Source: Silvanigrellaceae bacterium
Lineage (GTDB): Bacteria; Bdellovibrionota_B; Oligoflexia; Silvanigrellales; Silvanigrellaceae
Direction: 5' to 3'
Assembly: GCA_049423385.1 (NCBI GenBank)
Contig: JBMSQQ010000002.1
Coordinates: 1-64,000 of the forward strand
DNA: 64,000 nucleotides
Shown piece by piece: positions 10,188-20,070 of the stretch. The translations under genes were made by a program, and so were the position numbers. The first letter of the stretch is position 1, and each line of letters starts with the position of its first letter. Below the pieces are notes generated by a model. That model was not told where the DNA came from and searched no databases. It saw only the letters and a program-made list of their open reading frames with translations.

Positions 10188-10558
10188 CCAAGATATTGCT
10201 TGTGGAAGACAATCCAATGAACCGTGACATGCTGAGCCGCAGGCTCGTTCGTCGCGGATTCGAGGTGGTTTGCTCCGAAGACGGTGAGAGCGTGGCAGGA
10301 ATACTGGCATCCGAAAGTCCTGCTCTGATTTTGATGTATATTTCACTTCCATGAATCGATGGATTGGATACAACCCGAAGAGTCAGGGCGGATTCAAAGT
10401 TCAAAAATATTCCGATCATTGCACTCACCGCGCACGCCTTTCAGTCTGATGAAATCGAGGCACGAGCTGCCGGTTGCGATGATTTTGAAACCAAACCAAT
10501 TGAACTCGACCGATTGCTGGAAAAAATGGGAGAATTGTTGAAAAAGAATGCTTCATGA
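10184..10558 (+). pseudogene. Single-domain response regulator (DivK-like) with in-frame TGA and Asp-to-Tyr at the phosphoacceptor
   Basis: ATGA overlap with the kinase; MTKILLVEDNPMNRDML..LILM(Y)ISLP(*)IDG..PIIALTAHA..AGCDDFETKP; TAT 10337-10339, TGA 10352-10354. Confidence 0.85.
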
Positions 10559-12059
10559 ACGCGCAGTAGAATCCAAATTGGGTGCAGAAAAGAGCAGGTC
10601 GATCCTCCGTCATGATTTGAGGACGAATTTCAACGTCATCATTGGTTATTGTGAGATGTGTATCGAAGAGATCGCAGAGATTGATGCCAATGACAATCGA
10701 TTGCCGGTATTTGAAAGTCTATTGTCTGAGATTCGAATCCTTCTCCGTGAAACCGAATACGCACTTGAGTCCGTGACCCTTGAATCCGACGAATTGTTTC
10801 GTGACGAAATCTCGAGATGGTTGAAGAAGGCTCTTGTGCCTTCCATCCAGAAAATTGTTTTCAAGAAGGAACAGCAGTTGTCTTCTGAGGCTGGATATTC
10901 CAATCTGGGAAATCTGGACGATGCATTCAAGAAGCTGACCCAGAGATGCCTCAATCCATTTGCTGATTCGAGGCTCTTGTCTCGTCCTGAAGTGGTTTCT
11001 TTCCGCAGCGGCGAGAACGCAGATTCGATAGGTCACGTCCTGGTGATTGATGATCAAGCCGACAATCTCGTGCTTATCAAGCATCGCTTGGAAAAGTTGG
11101 GTCTGAGTGTTGAGGCGATGACGTCTGCCGTGAGTGCATTGGTGATACTTTCAGACAAGGAGTTTGATGCGATTCTTGTGGATTTGGATATGCCCGAGAT
11201 GAGTGGTCTCGACTTTTTGAAGGAGTTGAAAAGTCGAAATCTTCTTGCGGATATTCCAACTTTGATTGTCACCGCTTCGGATGAGTTGGATCTGATTTCA
11301 GAATGCATCACTCTCGGCGCGGTTGATTTTCTTCCCAAACCTTTTGACAATTCCATTTTGATGGCCCGAATCGGTGCGACGATCGAAAGAAAGAAAAGCA
11401 GGGACCGTGAAAAGCAGATGAGTCGTGAGTTGCATCTTGAAAAATCGCTCGTGGACGATCTCTTGGCGATGCTTTTGCCGATCGAAACCTTGAACGAACT
11501 CAAACAGACAGGACGAGTCAAGCCACGGCGATTTTCGAACGTCTCTGTCATGTTTTGCGACGTGGTTGATTTTACAACCTATTGCGAATCACATGATCCC
11601 GAAATTGTGCTTGAAAATCTTCACTCCATTTTTTCTGAATTCGACGCGATTGTCGAAATGCATGGCGTCCAGAAGATAAAAACCATTGGTGATTGTTACA
11701 TGGCCGCTTGTGGCATGAATGGATCTCGCGAGGAGTCGTTTCACAAAGCACTTGCAAGTGCGTTTGCGATGATTGAGGCGACACGCAATCATCGCTCGGG
11801 CTGGAAAGTCCGGATTGGGATCCATGTGGGAGACGTGATTGGCGGTATTGCGGGTACGAGAAATTATCTTTTTGATCTTTGGGGTGACGTGGTAAACACC
11901 GCCGCCAGGCTGCAATCTGTTGGGGCTCCAATGACGGTGACCGTTATCAACGACAATCAGCTTCCCCTGCCGAAATGGGTTCAATCTGAAGAATTGGGCA
12001 AGGTGGATCTCAAAGGAAAGGGCGTCTACAGCGTAGCCACCCTCCAGATGAACAAATGA
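10548..12059 (+). CDS. Class III adenylate cyclase with N-terminal HisKA-like helix and REC domain
   Basis: RHDLRTNFNVIIGYCEM; REC (IDD, LVDLDMP, PKP); cyclase motifs FCDVVDFT, KIKTIGDCYM, RIGIHVG, FDLWGDVVNTAARL with ATP-specifying K and D. Confidence 0.9.
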   Translation: MLHERAVESKLGAEKSRSILRHDLRTNFNVIIGYCEMCIEEIAEIDANDNRLPVFESLLSEIRILLRETEYALESVTLESDELFRDEISRWLKKALVPSIQKIVFKKEQQLSSEAGYSNLGNLDDAFKKLTQRCLNPFADSRLLSRPEVVSFRSGENADSIGHVLVIDDQADNLVLIKHRLEKLGLSVEAMTSAVSALVILSDKEFDAILVDLDMPEMSGLDFLKELKSRNLLADIPTLIVTASDELDLISECITLGAVDFLPKPFDNSILMARIGATIERKKSRDREKQMSRELHLEKSLVDDLLAMLLPIETLNELKQTGRVKPRRFSNVSVMFCDVVDFTTYCESHDPEIVLENLHSIFSEFDAIVEMHGVQKIKTIGDCYMAACGMNGSREESFHKALASAFAMIEATRNHRSGWKVRIGIHVGDVIGGIAGTRNYLFDLWGDVVNTAARLQSVGAPMTVTVINDNQLPLPKWVQSEELGKVDLKGKGVYSVATLQMNK

Positions 12060-12089
12060 AGTATCGCGGGTGAATGGCCAGGAATGCCT

Positions 12090-12704
12090 TCACTCACAGG
12101 CCACCGGAACGACGGTTGTCGACATGTTGTTTGAATTTTTCTTTTCAAGTCGGATGAAGCCGACCTTTGATTCGCAGGCAATCTCGAAGCGGAATTTGTT
12201 CATGTTTTTCACCTGCATGTCAATGCAGTAAGTTGATTTTGGGTTGAGCAGCTTCAGGTCGCTGTTGTTGACGTTTTTGAGTGAGATGCGCAGCAATATG
12301 AGACTTGGTTCGCTTGTGACCGGGTCTTCGTGAAGAGTGCTGTTGTTCTTGTTTTTTCCGTCGACGTCGACAACTTTGTAACTTTGGAAATTGCCGCCCG
12401 GATTCAACTTTTCAAGGCAGGCTCCCATGATTGCGTCATCCAGCTTGTCGGCGTCGGTTTTTCCATCCGCACTCACACCCTCTTTCGCTGGAACAGTTGA
12501 ACTTGTTGGAGGTACAGCCGCGGCGTCTCCGGAAGCTGCGGTGACGTCATTCGAGAGGTCGGTTGATGCGTTGAAATCGCCATTCCCTGTTCCACTCAGC
12601 CGGGTTGCACGCAACGAGCCACCATTCGATGAATATTCGCTGGTGGAGCACGATGCCAGCAGTACGGTTGCAAGCAGACTGGTTGTTACAAGTGAGAGTT
12701 TCAT
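12090..12704 (-). CDS. Hypothetical lipoprotein
   Basis: GGAGG upstream of ATG 12704; LLATVLLAS-C lipobox; S/T/A linker; Cys-containing C-terminal domain. Confidence 0.75.
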   Translation of the reverse strand: MKLSLVTTSLLATVLLASCSTSEYSSNGGSLRATRLSGTGNGDFNASTDLSNDVTAASGDAAAVPPTSSTVPAKEGVSADGKTDADKLDDAIMGACLEKLNPGGNFQSYKVVDVDGKNKNNSTLHEDPVTSEPSLILLRISLKNVNNSDLKLLNPKSTYCIDMQVKNMNKFRFEIACESKVGFIRLEKKNSNNMSTTVVPVACE

Positions 12705-12730
12705 TTTAATGTCCTCCGCTTCCACGATAT

Positions 12731-12757
12731 TTATCGGATATTAATTTTAAACTTTTA
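12731..12757 (-). promoter_or_regulatory. Sigma28 (FliA)-type promoter
   Basis: Minus strand TAAAAGTT-N11-TCCGATAA versus consensus TAAAGTTT-N11-GCCGATAA. Confidence 0.7.
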
Positions 12758-12856
12758 AAATATTTTTTCGAATCGTTTAAAATATGTGTAATATCTGATC
12801 GTTAAATTTAAATTGAAAAACAATCATTTTCAGGAACCGTAATTTTTTTAAGTGCG

Positions 12857-12883
12857 TCAAGGTTCGAATTTGTTTTCCGATAC
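12857..12883 (+). promoter_or_regulatory. Sigma28 (FliA)-type promoter
   Basis: TCAAGGTT-N11-TCCGATAC, about 30 nt before ATG 12916. Confidence 0.65.
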
Positions 12884-12915
12884 ACCCTCAGCGCGGGCAC
12901 GTTGAAGGAGTCATC

Positions 12916-14031
12916 ATGAAAACTCGAAACCTTGTTCTGGTCGTTATGGGATTGACGGCGCTTGGAGTGGCCTGCAAGCCACGCGCTTTCAATGGTCTGG
13001 ATTTGAGTCCGTCCGAGTCTCCAATTCAGTCCCTGAATACCAATCCTCAGGACGTATTTTCGAAGAACCGTTTTCATCTGATCACTCCCACAGGTGCGAA
13101 AATATTCGCCGCAATCAAGACCTGGGAAAGTGGTCAGCTCAAACCCGATGCCGCGGGATTCTACGCCCAGCCTGCGATGTGCGCGTCCAATGCCTCAAGG
13201 GTATTGGAAATGGCTGGAGTCACCGGATACAGCTCTCCACTGCTTGTGGATATGGTCAATGCAGTGAAAAAGCGCGGTGGTCTTGTTCTTCAATTGCCCA
13301 AAGACCCTGTTGCCATCGCTGAGAAGATCAAAAGTGTTTTTGGTGGACGTTTGCCTGTGGGTTCATTTGTAAGCGGATGTCTTCGGCCGGATTGTTCAGG
13401 ACAAGCAGGTGATGGACATATTGCACTCGTCGGCGACATCGATGATTCGGGATATATAAAGATTTACCACAACAACTGGTATCGACCCGACAATGTACCT
13501 GACAAGCGCTGGCGGGAGTTCATGATTCCAATGGAATGGTACAACAAAGGCTATCGACGGATGTGGATGCCAACTCCGTGGGTTTACCTCAAGCGCGACA
13601 AACTTGGTTTTCCGAACAACATCATGGTGCGCATTCCGGAGATCGATGACCTCGACCCGACGAATTATTATGTCACGATTTCCATTCCTTCGGAAATCAT
13701 GAAAGAGGTCTCAGCCAACAAGGGGGTCGTGACCGACGGAAAAGGCGAAGTGAAGGCGTTCGCGGCAACGCCCAATGTCACAAAGAACGATTCGCCCGAT
13801 CTTGCGAAGTGCGACACTCTGACGATTTTGGACAGAAATGATCCCAATGGTGTGAACTTGCGGGGAACTCCCGTGGGTCAGGCGCTTTGCATGTTGCCGA
13901 ATGGGACCAAGGTTGAAAGGTTGGGTGTCGAGGGGCAATGGATTCGCGTCCGTGCCGAATGCCAAGGCATACGTCAGGAAGGGTACGTTTTTTCGTTTTT
14001 GACCCAGCCGGCGTGCCAGATGGAGAGATGA
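12916..14031 (+). CDS. Lipoprotein, putative NlpC/P60- or CHAP-like cysteine hydrolase with C-terminal SH3b-like domain
   Basis: LGVA-C lipobox; MCASNASRVL (Cys), GHIALVG (His), IYHNN; tail GVNLRGTP..LPNGTKV..WIRVR..EGYV. Confidence 0.6.
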   Translation: MKTRNLVLVVMGLTALGVACKPRAFNGLDLSPSESPIQSLNTNPQDVFSKNRFHLITPTGAKIFAAIKTWESGQLKPDAAGFYAQPAMCASNASRVLEMAGVTGYSSPLLVDMVNAVKKRGGLVLQLPKDPVAIAEKIKSVFGGRLPVGSFVSGCLRPDCSGQAGDGHIALVGDIDDSGYIKIYHNNWYRPDNVPDKRWREFMIPMEWYNKGYRRMWMPTPWVYLKRDKLGFPNNIMVRIPEIDDLDPTNYYVTISIPSEIMKEVSANKGVVTDGKGEVKAFAATPNVTKNDSPDLAKCDTLTILDRNDPNGVNLRGTPVGQALCMLPNGTKVERLGVEGQWIRVRAECQGIRQEGYVFSFLTQPACQMER

Positions 14032-14160
14032 GGCGCAGACCGCACTGTGGGCCGTTTTGTAATTGGCCAATGATTATTTCTTAAGGCTTTGTTTTTGTTT
14101 GATTAAAATATATCAGTCTCCGGATGCTCAGTGTTGTTCCCAAAAATGTGGACGCTGAGC

Positions 14161-14189
14161 TTGAAAGCTTTCATGCAGATTGCTATCAG
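14161..14189 (+). promoter_or_regulatory. Possible sigma70 promoter of the rpsU operon
   Basis: TTGAAA-N17-TATCAG with a TGn extension; weak -10 match. Confidence 0.3.
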
Positions 14190-14259
14190 CCCTGTTCTCG
14201 CTGATGAGCCTGGCCACGCTGCCGGGACGATGAAATGCGACTGAAGGGGGGTGAATGAT

Positions 14260-14457
14260 ATGCCAGTTGTCAAACTGAAAGAAGGCGAAGCCTTTGAAAG
14301 CGCAATGCGCCGCTTCAAGAAGCAGTGTGAAAAGGCAGGCATCCTCTCTGAAGTTCGCAAGCGCGAGCACTATGAGAAACCTTCCGTGAAGATCAAGCGC
14401 AAGCGCATGGCCGCTCGCAAGCGTGCACTCAAGAAGCTGAAAAAGCTCGGTTCTTGA
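14260..14457 (+). CDS. rpsU: 30S ribosomal protein S21
   Basis: [42 protein letters not shown]. Confidence 0.97.
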   Translation: MPVVKLKEGEAFESAMRRFKKQCEKAGILSEVRKREHYEKPSVKIKRKRMAARKRALKKLKKLGS

Positions 14458-14489
14458 TCGCAATGACAAAAGGCAGTGTTGCCTGGAAC

Positions 14490-14514
14490 GGGAGGACCTT
14501 GCGTCCTCCTTTTT
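14490..14514 (+). terminator. Intra-operon intrinsic terminator between rpsU and dnaG
   Basis: GGGAGGAC-CTTGC-GTCCTCCT followed by TTTTCTTT. Confidence 0.7.
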
Positions 14515-14533
14515 CTTTCTCTACCAAATCAGC

Positions 14534-16699
14534 ATGAATCAAACTGTGTCTGGCGGTCGCATCCGCGAATCATCCATTGATGCTCTCCGGGAACGAATCA
14601 ATCTTGTTGAGGTTGTTTCGCAGACGGTCAGTTTGCGGAAAAGTGGTTCGCGTTACATGGGGAAATGTCCTTTCCATGAGGATTCGTCACCGTCGTTTCT
14701 TGTTGATGACAAGCATTACCATTGCTTTGGCTGCAAAGCCCACGGGGATGCAATCTCCTTTGAAATGAATCGCTCGGGCTGCACCTTTCCGGAGGCTGTG
14801 GAAACCTTGGCAAACCGTTTCAACTTTGCCTTGGATTATGAAACGAATTCCAGGGAGTCGGATGCCGACAGGCAGTTGCGCGAGCAAAAAAGATCAATTT
14901 CGCACATCATGACCGAAGTGACCCGCGCCTATTCCCAGTATTTGTGGTCAAGGGATGGTGACACAGCGCGCGAATATCTCTTGAACAGGGGCTTTACGGA
15001 AAGCACATTGCGCGACTGGGAAATTGGTTTGTCGCCTCAATCGAGCGTGCTTGTGCGCATGGCAGAAAAGCGTGGTTGGAATCTGGAGCACCTGATCTCG
15101 GCCGGGCTTGTTCGCCGACGCGAAAATTCATCCGAGAGTTATGATTTTTTTCGCGACAGAATCATGATTCCAATTCGCGATGAAAAAGGCTCGCCCATCG
15201 CATTTGGGGCAAGAATTTACCGTACAAATGCAAATTCCGGAAATGCCGGCCCCAAATACTTGAATTCCCCTGAAACACCCGTGTTCCAAAAATCGAAGAC
15301 ATTGTTCAACTTCAACAGGGCTCGCAATGCCATTGTACAATCCGGGTTTGTGGTTGTTGTTGAAGGTTACATGGACTGTCTTGCAATCGCGCGCGCCGGT
15401 ATTCAAAATGTTGTTGCAGTTCTCGGAACTGCTCTGACACCTGATCACATCAAGCGACTTGCACGGCTGACAAAACGAGTTGTCCTTTGTTTTGACAGCG
15501 ACAATGCAGGTCGCGAGGCTGCCCGGAAGGCGTTCGACATCGGCTTTCCATTGAATCTTGTTGAACTCCAGTTTGTGTCCGTGCCCAGCGGCAAGGACCC
15601 CGATGATTTTATTCGCGAGCATGGGGTGCAGGCGTTCTCTGGTTTGCTGGACCGCGCTGTTTCTCTTGCAAGCTGGGTCTGTGATTATTGTCTCGCCCAG
15701 GGTACGACCCGCGAAGCACAGCTGAGAAAAATCAAATCCGACTTTGTTCCGGTTGTGATGCGCAACCCGGACCCTGCTGTTCGTGAAATCACCCTGGAAA
15801 TGGCTGCTGTCGCGTTGGGATTGTCGAAGGCAAGTTCGCTTATCAGTGGCTTTATGCCGGGTCCACAGTCTGATGGCAGGAAGGGAACCGGCGCTCAGCT
15901 TTCTGGAGACCGGGCTGATGGCTCGCCGAAACCGTCACAGCCTGTCAGTTTGAAACCTGTGGACGGCCCGGAAGTTTCCGTGGGCGATGCGAACGAACCC
16001 GATGCTGTCGCTGTATCGTCTGCCGACGAGGTGATGTTTTACGTGATGTTGGCGCATGCCCAACTTGAGATGTTGCCTTCAAGACTGAAAAACGTGCTTT
16101 GTGGTGAACAAAGTGACGAGGCCATGGATGAAATTGTGCTGGCCCAGATGCTGGCAACGGACGACGTGGGTGGACTCGCACAGGCATTTCTGGCCTGGAG
16201 TGAAGTTCTTTGCGCTCCGGAAAACGAAGGACGAGCACTTGTTGATGTTGTGAGTGGTCCTTGTCTCAGTGTTGATATTATTCTTCAATTACGGGCTCTT
16301 GCGACGCTTCATCCGGAGAGCTTGCTCGAGGTTGGCTTGGAAGGTTGGGTTCGAGGAGTGCTCGAAGGGGGCGAGAACCAGGCGCTCGCTCCAAAACTCA
16401 GAAATTCTGAAAATATTTTTGATCCCGTGAATCTTTCTTTCGTGCGAATGGTTGTGCGCGATGCCAAGGTTTCGAGGGCGAGTGGCAAGCTTGCTTTGGC
16501 ACTGAACCGAATTCTGGCTCAAATCGAAATTTCCTATTTGGATCGGGAGATTGAAGCAACCACCAGACTTCTCCGGGAGTTGGGGCCATCGGGCAATGAC
16601 AGCCCTGAGCAGGGGGAGTTGATTCAATATCGATTGCGCAAGCTGACGGACGAGCGCGTTCGTCGATACCAGAAGTTTGTTCTGAAGCCGAGTCCTTGA
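14534..16699 (+). CDS. dnaG: DNA primase
   Basis: CHC2 zinc finger CPFH..CFGC, FRDRIMIPI, PKYLNSPET, TOPRIM VEGYMD and FDSDNAG, KDPDD; lies between rpsU and rpoD. Confidence 0.96.
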   Translation: MNQTVSGGRIRESSIDALRERINLVEVVSQTVSLRKSGSRYMGKCPFHEDSSPSFLVDDKHYHCFGCKAHGDAISFEMNRSGCTFPEAVETLANRFNFALDYETNSRESDADRQLREQKRSISHIMTEVTRAYSQYLWSRDGDTAREYLLNRGFTESTLRDWEIGLSPQSSVLVRMAEKRGWNLEHLISAGLVRRRENSSESYDFFRDRIMIPIRDEKGSPIAFGARIYRTNANSGNAGPKYLNSPETPVFQKSKTLFNFNRARNAIVQSGFVVVVEGYMDCLAIARAGIQNVVAVLGTALTPDHIKRLARLTKRVVLCFDSDNAGREAARKAFDIGFPLNLVELQFVSVPSGKDPDDFIREHGVQAFSGLLDRAVSLASWVCDYCLAQGTTREAQLRKIKSDFVPVVMRNPDPAVREITLEMAAVALGLSKASSLISGFMPGPQSDGRKGTGAQLSGDRADGSPKPSQPVSLKPVDGPEVSVGDANEPDAVAVSSADEVMFYVMLAHAQLEMLPSRLKNVLCGEQSDEAMDEIVLAQMLATDDVGGLAQAFLAWSEVLCAPENEGRALVDVVSGPCLSVDIILQLRALATLHPESLLEVGLEGWVRGVLEGGENQALAPKLRNSENIFDPVNLSFVRMVVRDAKVSRASGKLALALNRILAQIEISYLDREIEATTRLLRELGPSGNDSPEQGELIQYRLRKLTDERVRRYQKFVLKPSP

Positions 16700-16827
16700 G
16701 TTTCTGGGGCTTGCATTATTTTGCTGTGGCGCATATGTGTGGGTGTATTTCTGGATACCTGTCACTGGTCAGGCTCAGGCGAATGTGAAACTGCGCCGTG
16801 CTTTTGCTGTCGAAAAGGGAGTTCTCC

Positions 16828-19449
16828 ATGGCTGTAGGCAAGGGAAAATCAACTTCAAAATCCTCTAAGAAAAACAGCAAGAGTGTTGCGAAACCGGCAA
16901 AGAAAGTCGCGAAATCGGCTCCGGGCAAGGGCAAAACCTCGCACTCTGCGCGTATGGCTCCATCAAAGCAAAAGCCTGGAAAAGGCGGCAAAAGCGCAAG
17001 TGCTCAGAAGAAGCCTCTGCCAAAGCCGACAAAATCTTCGAAGGCAGCGCCAGCGCGCAAGCCGCAGGTTGTGGCTAAAAAATCCACTCCTGTTGCGAAA
17101 AAATCCGCGGCTCAACAATCGCGCCCGGTTCAGAAGGCATCCGCCAAGGTGATTGTCAAACCAGCGCCCAAAGGCAAAACCCAGCAGATCATTGGAAGCA
17201 AAAAGCCAGTCGCGGCTCCTGCCGTGAAAGCACCACTGAGCTCAAATAAAACTCCACCGGCAAAAAACAACGTGCCAGCGAAGGCAGCGGCAGCGGCGAG
17301 TGTGCCTCAAAAAGCTGCGACTGCTGCTGGAATTCCGGCCAAGAAATCAATGGGCGTCCCTGCGGTAAGCGGGAAGGGCTCTTCGGCAAACCAGGTCGCC
17401 GCCAAAGGCAAAGCGCCAGCTGCATCTGGAAATTCCGACAAGGAAGCATCCAAGAGCAGCCAGGGAGCACAGCTGAAGGCTGTTCCACCTGTTGTCGACA
17501 AAAAATCCTCGGCTGATACGCAAGAGCCCAAGACCAAGAACAAATCGGGCGAGAAGACAGCAGCAGATAAAAATCAAAAGGTGGCAACGACTGCCAAACC
17601 TGCTGCAGGCAAAGGGACAGGAGAGTCCACCAGCAAGTTGCCATTGGCAGCGATCGGTGAAAAATCTGCAAGTTCCGAAGTCACGAAAGATTCCAAGAAC
17701 GCTGGCAAGAAGGTCGGAGCCCGGACGGTAGACGGAGCAACTGCATCGGAGAAAGCTCCTCAATCGGGCAAGAAAAAGAACCGGGCGGAAGGCGAAGAGG
17801 GTCCTGAGGGAGATCTTGAGGACGTCGAGCCAAGCGCTGACTTTGATGCAGATTTGGAAGATTTGGGGCCTGACCTCGATGCTGAGCCTGAAGACGGAGC
17901 CAATCTTTCGGAAGATGATATTTTTGCAGCCGATGATTTCGGCTCGGAAACTGTTGAAGAAGAAGAGCTGGATTCTTCGCTGGGGCGCAGCAATGACCCG
18001 GTTCGAATCTACCTCCGAAAAATGGGCCAGGTGGCTTTGCTTTCGCGTGATGGCGAAGTCGAGATTGCCAAGAAAATTGAAAATGAAGAAAACAAATTGC
18101 TTCAGCATCTGGTGAACCTCCGTTTGGGAGTTCGTCACATCTCGGATATTGGTCAGCGCTTTTTGGATGGAGCCATAAAGGCAAAGAATCTCGTCAAGGG
18201 ATTCGACGACGAGCAGGATCAAGCGACCGACGAAGGTCAAACTGCACGCGTTCGCACGCTTGTGGAAGGTTTTCTCGGGCAAGCCAAGACGGCAGTGACC
18301 CTCGAAGACAAATACGGCTTTGAGCATCTTGAAAATGCAACTCCAGCCGACAAAAAGTCGCTGAATGAATCACGTATGCAGATGTTTGAGCTCGTCAAGG
18401 AAATCAACATCAACCGAAGGATTATTCAGCAGATCACGTCTGAACTGGACACTCATGCGAAAGCTGTTGCTGATGTTGAAAAAGAGCTCAACAAGTTGAA
18501 ATACAGAACCCGCATGGAAGAGAGCAAGCTCCGCGCCTATGCCGAAGCCGATGCTCCACGTCCGCTGGAAGTCAACTTCCTTTCTGAAAGGGAGTGGGAA
18601 GCCTGCAAGCGGTCTTACGTCAATACACAGCAGACAATCCGTGGCAGCGAGGAAGCATGCTTCCTTCCGCGCAAAGAAATTCCCCGCATGTATCAGGTTG
18701 TCAGCACAGCCAACAGGCAAGCTGAGGATGCCAAGCGTGAATTGATTGAAGCGAACCTGCGCTTGGTCGTTTCGATCGCGAAAAAGTACATGAACCGTGG
18801 TTTGCAGTTCCTCGACTTGATTCAGGAAGGCAACATTGGCCTGATGAAGGCGGTGGAAAAGTTCGAATATCGACGTGGATATAAATTCAGCACATATGCA
18901 ACCTGGTGGATTCGCCAGGCGATCACCCGTGCGATTGCTGACCAAGCGCGTACGATTCGTATTCCTGTGCATATGATTGAAACCATCAACAAGATGGTTC
19001 GAACCAGTCGCTACCTGGTGCAGGAAATGGGTCGAGAGCCAACTCCCGAAGAAATCGCACAGCGCATGGACATGAGTCTTGAGAAAGTTCGCAAGGTCAT
19101 GAAAATCGCGCGTGAGCCAATCTCGCTCGAAGCACCGATCGGTGAAGAGGAAGACAACCACTACGGTGACTTCCTTGAGGACAAGACGCGTGGTGCACCT
19201 GTGGATATCGTTGCGAACCAGAGTTTGTCAGATCAAACCCGCAAGGTGCTGGCAACGCTCACTCCTCGTGAGGAGAAAGTTCTCAGAATGCGCTTTGGTA
19301 TTGGTGAAAAGACCGACCATACGCTTGAGGAAGTCGGACAAAGCTTCGACGTGACGCGCGAACGTATTCGTCAAATCGAGGCCAAGGCACTGCGCAAGCT
19401 CCGTCACCCTTGCCGTTCAAAGAAGCTCAAGGCTTTCATCGAGAGCTGA
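16828..19449 (+). CDS. rpoD: RNA polymerase primary sigma factor with long N-terminal extension
   Basis: [80 protein letters not shown]. Confidence 0.97.
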   Translation: MAVGKGKSTSKSSKKNSKSVAKPAKKVAKSAPGKGKTSHSARMAPSKQKPGKGGKSASAQKKPLPKPTKSSKAAPARKPQVVAKKSTPVAKKSAAQQSRPVQKASAKVIVKPAPKGKTQQIIGSKKPVAAPAVKAPLSSNKTPPAKNNVPAKAAAAASVPQKAATAAGIPAKKSMGVPAVSGKGSSANQVAAKGKAPAASGNSDKEASKSSQGAQLKAVPPVVDKKSSADTQEPKTKNKSGEKTAADKNQKVATTAKPAAGKGTGESTSKLPLAAIGEKSASSEVTKDSKNAGKKVGARTVDGATASEKAPQSGKKKNRAEGEEGPEGDLEDVEPSADFDADLEDLGPDLDAEPEDGANLSEDDIFAADDFGSETVEEEELDSSLGRSNDPVRIYLRKMGQVALLSRDGEVEIAKKIENEENKLLQHLVNLRLGVRHISDIGQRFLDGAIKAKNLVKGFDDEQDQATDEGQTARVRTLVEGFLGQAKTAVTLEDKYGFEHLENATPADKKSLNESRMQMFELVKEININRRIIQQITSELDTHAKAVADVEKELNKLKYRTRMEESKLRAYAEADAPRPLEVNFLSEREWEACKRSYVNTQQTIRGSEEACFLPRKEIPRMYQVVSTANRQAEDAKRELIEANLRLVVSIAKKYMNRGLQFLDLIQEGNIGLMKAVEKFEYRRGYKFSTYATWWIRQAITRAIADQARTIRIPVHMIETINKMVRTSRYLVQEMGREPTPEEIAQRMDMSLEKVRKVMKIAREPISLEAPIGEEEDNHYGDFLEDKTRGAPVDIVANQSLSDQTRKVLATLTPREEKVLRMRFGIGEKTDHTLEEVGQSFDVTRERIRQIEAKALRKLRHPCRSKKLKAFIES

Positions 19450-19485
19450 GCTTCCACGTTCGCACGTGATTGTCTGCAATCACGC

Positions 19486-19527
19486 AAAAGCCCTGCTTTG
19501 GACTTGAAAACCAAAGCAGGGCTTTTT
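19486..19527. terminator. Bidirectional intrinsic terminator between rpoD and folB
   Basis: AAAAGCCCTGCTTTGG / CCAAAGCAGGGCTTTT perfect 16-bp stem; preceded by a second hairpin CGTGATTG-TCTG-CAATCACG (19465-19484). Confidence 0.9.
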
Positions 19528-19577
19528 GTTGATCAAAATCTTAATACGGAGTTCTATGACTTGGATACAGTCGTCAA

Positions 19578-19967
19578 TCAGTGATGAAACTGGCGCGAGA
19601 CATCGATGGCAACGGACCCGGTGAAGTGGGTCAATGGGACAAAGGCTTTATAGAGAACGATTCGGGCTGCCCGCACGCCTTTGAATTCGATTTCAATCAC
19701 ATCAAGCAGCTGCTCTGCCAAATATTCAAGCAAACTCACCCGCCCCAACCCCTGAATATAGGACTGAACTCTTTCGATGATTTTGCTGTAGTCAACCACC
19801 TTTTCGAGGCTGTCGTTGGTGTTGCGGTAGGGAACTTGGACACTGAGGTCGATTTTGAGGTTCTGTCCCACCTTTTGCTCGTGCGGGTTGGCCCCGAGAT
19901 AAAGGAAAGTGTAAACGTCGCGGATGTGGATCCAGCACAATTCATTGTCATTTTGAAGCGTGTTCAT
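19578..19967 (-). CDS. folB: Dihydroneopterin aldolase
   Basis: GANPHEQKVGQ, DSLEKVVDYS, LLEYLAE, C-terminal K; 129 aa. Confidence 0.85.
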   Translation of the reverse strand: MNTLQNDNELCWIHIRDVYTFLYLGANPHEQKVGQNLKIDLSVQVPYRNTNDSLEKVVDYSKIIERVQSYIQGLGRVSLLEYLAEQLLDVIEIEFKGVRAARIVLYKAFVPLTHFTGSVAIDVSRQFHH

Positions 19968-20070
19968 GCTCTTAATCCTTGCAAACTGCAGGGAGGCGGC
20001 TTTCCATCGTTCTTATGCTCCGGTATTGGTAACAAGACAAGTCTAAAGAAGAACAAACAGGACAGACATT

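Noticed and set aside
5990..10354. Stop-codon reassignment (TAG as Gln at 5990, TGA as Gly at 10352)
   Set aside because: TGA ends rpsU, rpoD and pheS, and TAG ends rocD, all at their expected C-termini. Both internal stops sit among other disruptive substitutions.
10352..10354. Selenocysteine codon
   Set aside because: The position is normally Gly or another non-Cys residue in receiver domains, and I see no SECIS-like hairpin after it.
12861..12870. tRNA T-loop-like GGTTCGAAT
   Set aside because: No cloverleaf around it; it lies inside the sigma28-like promoter.
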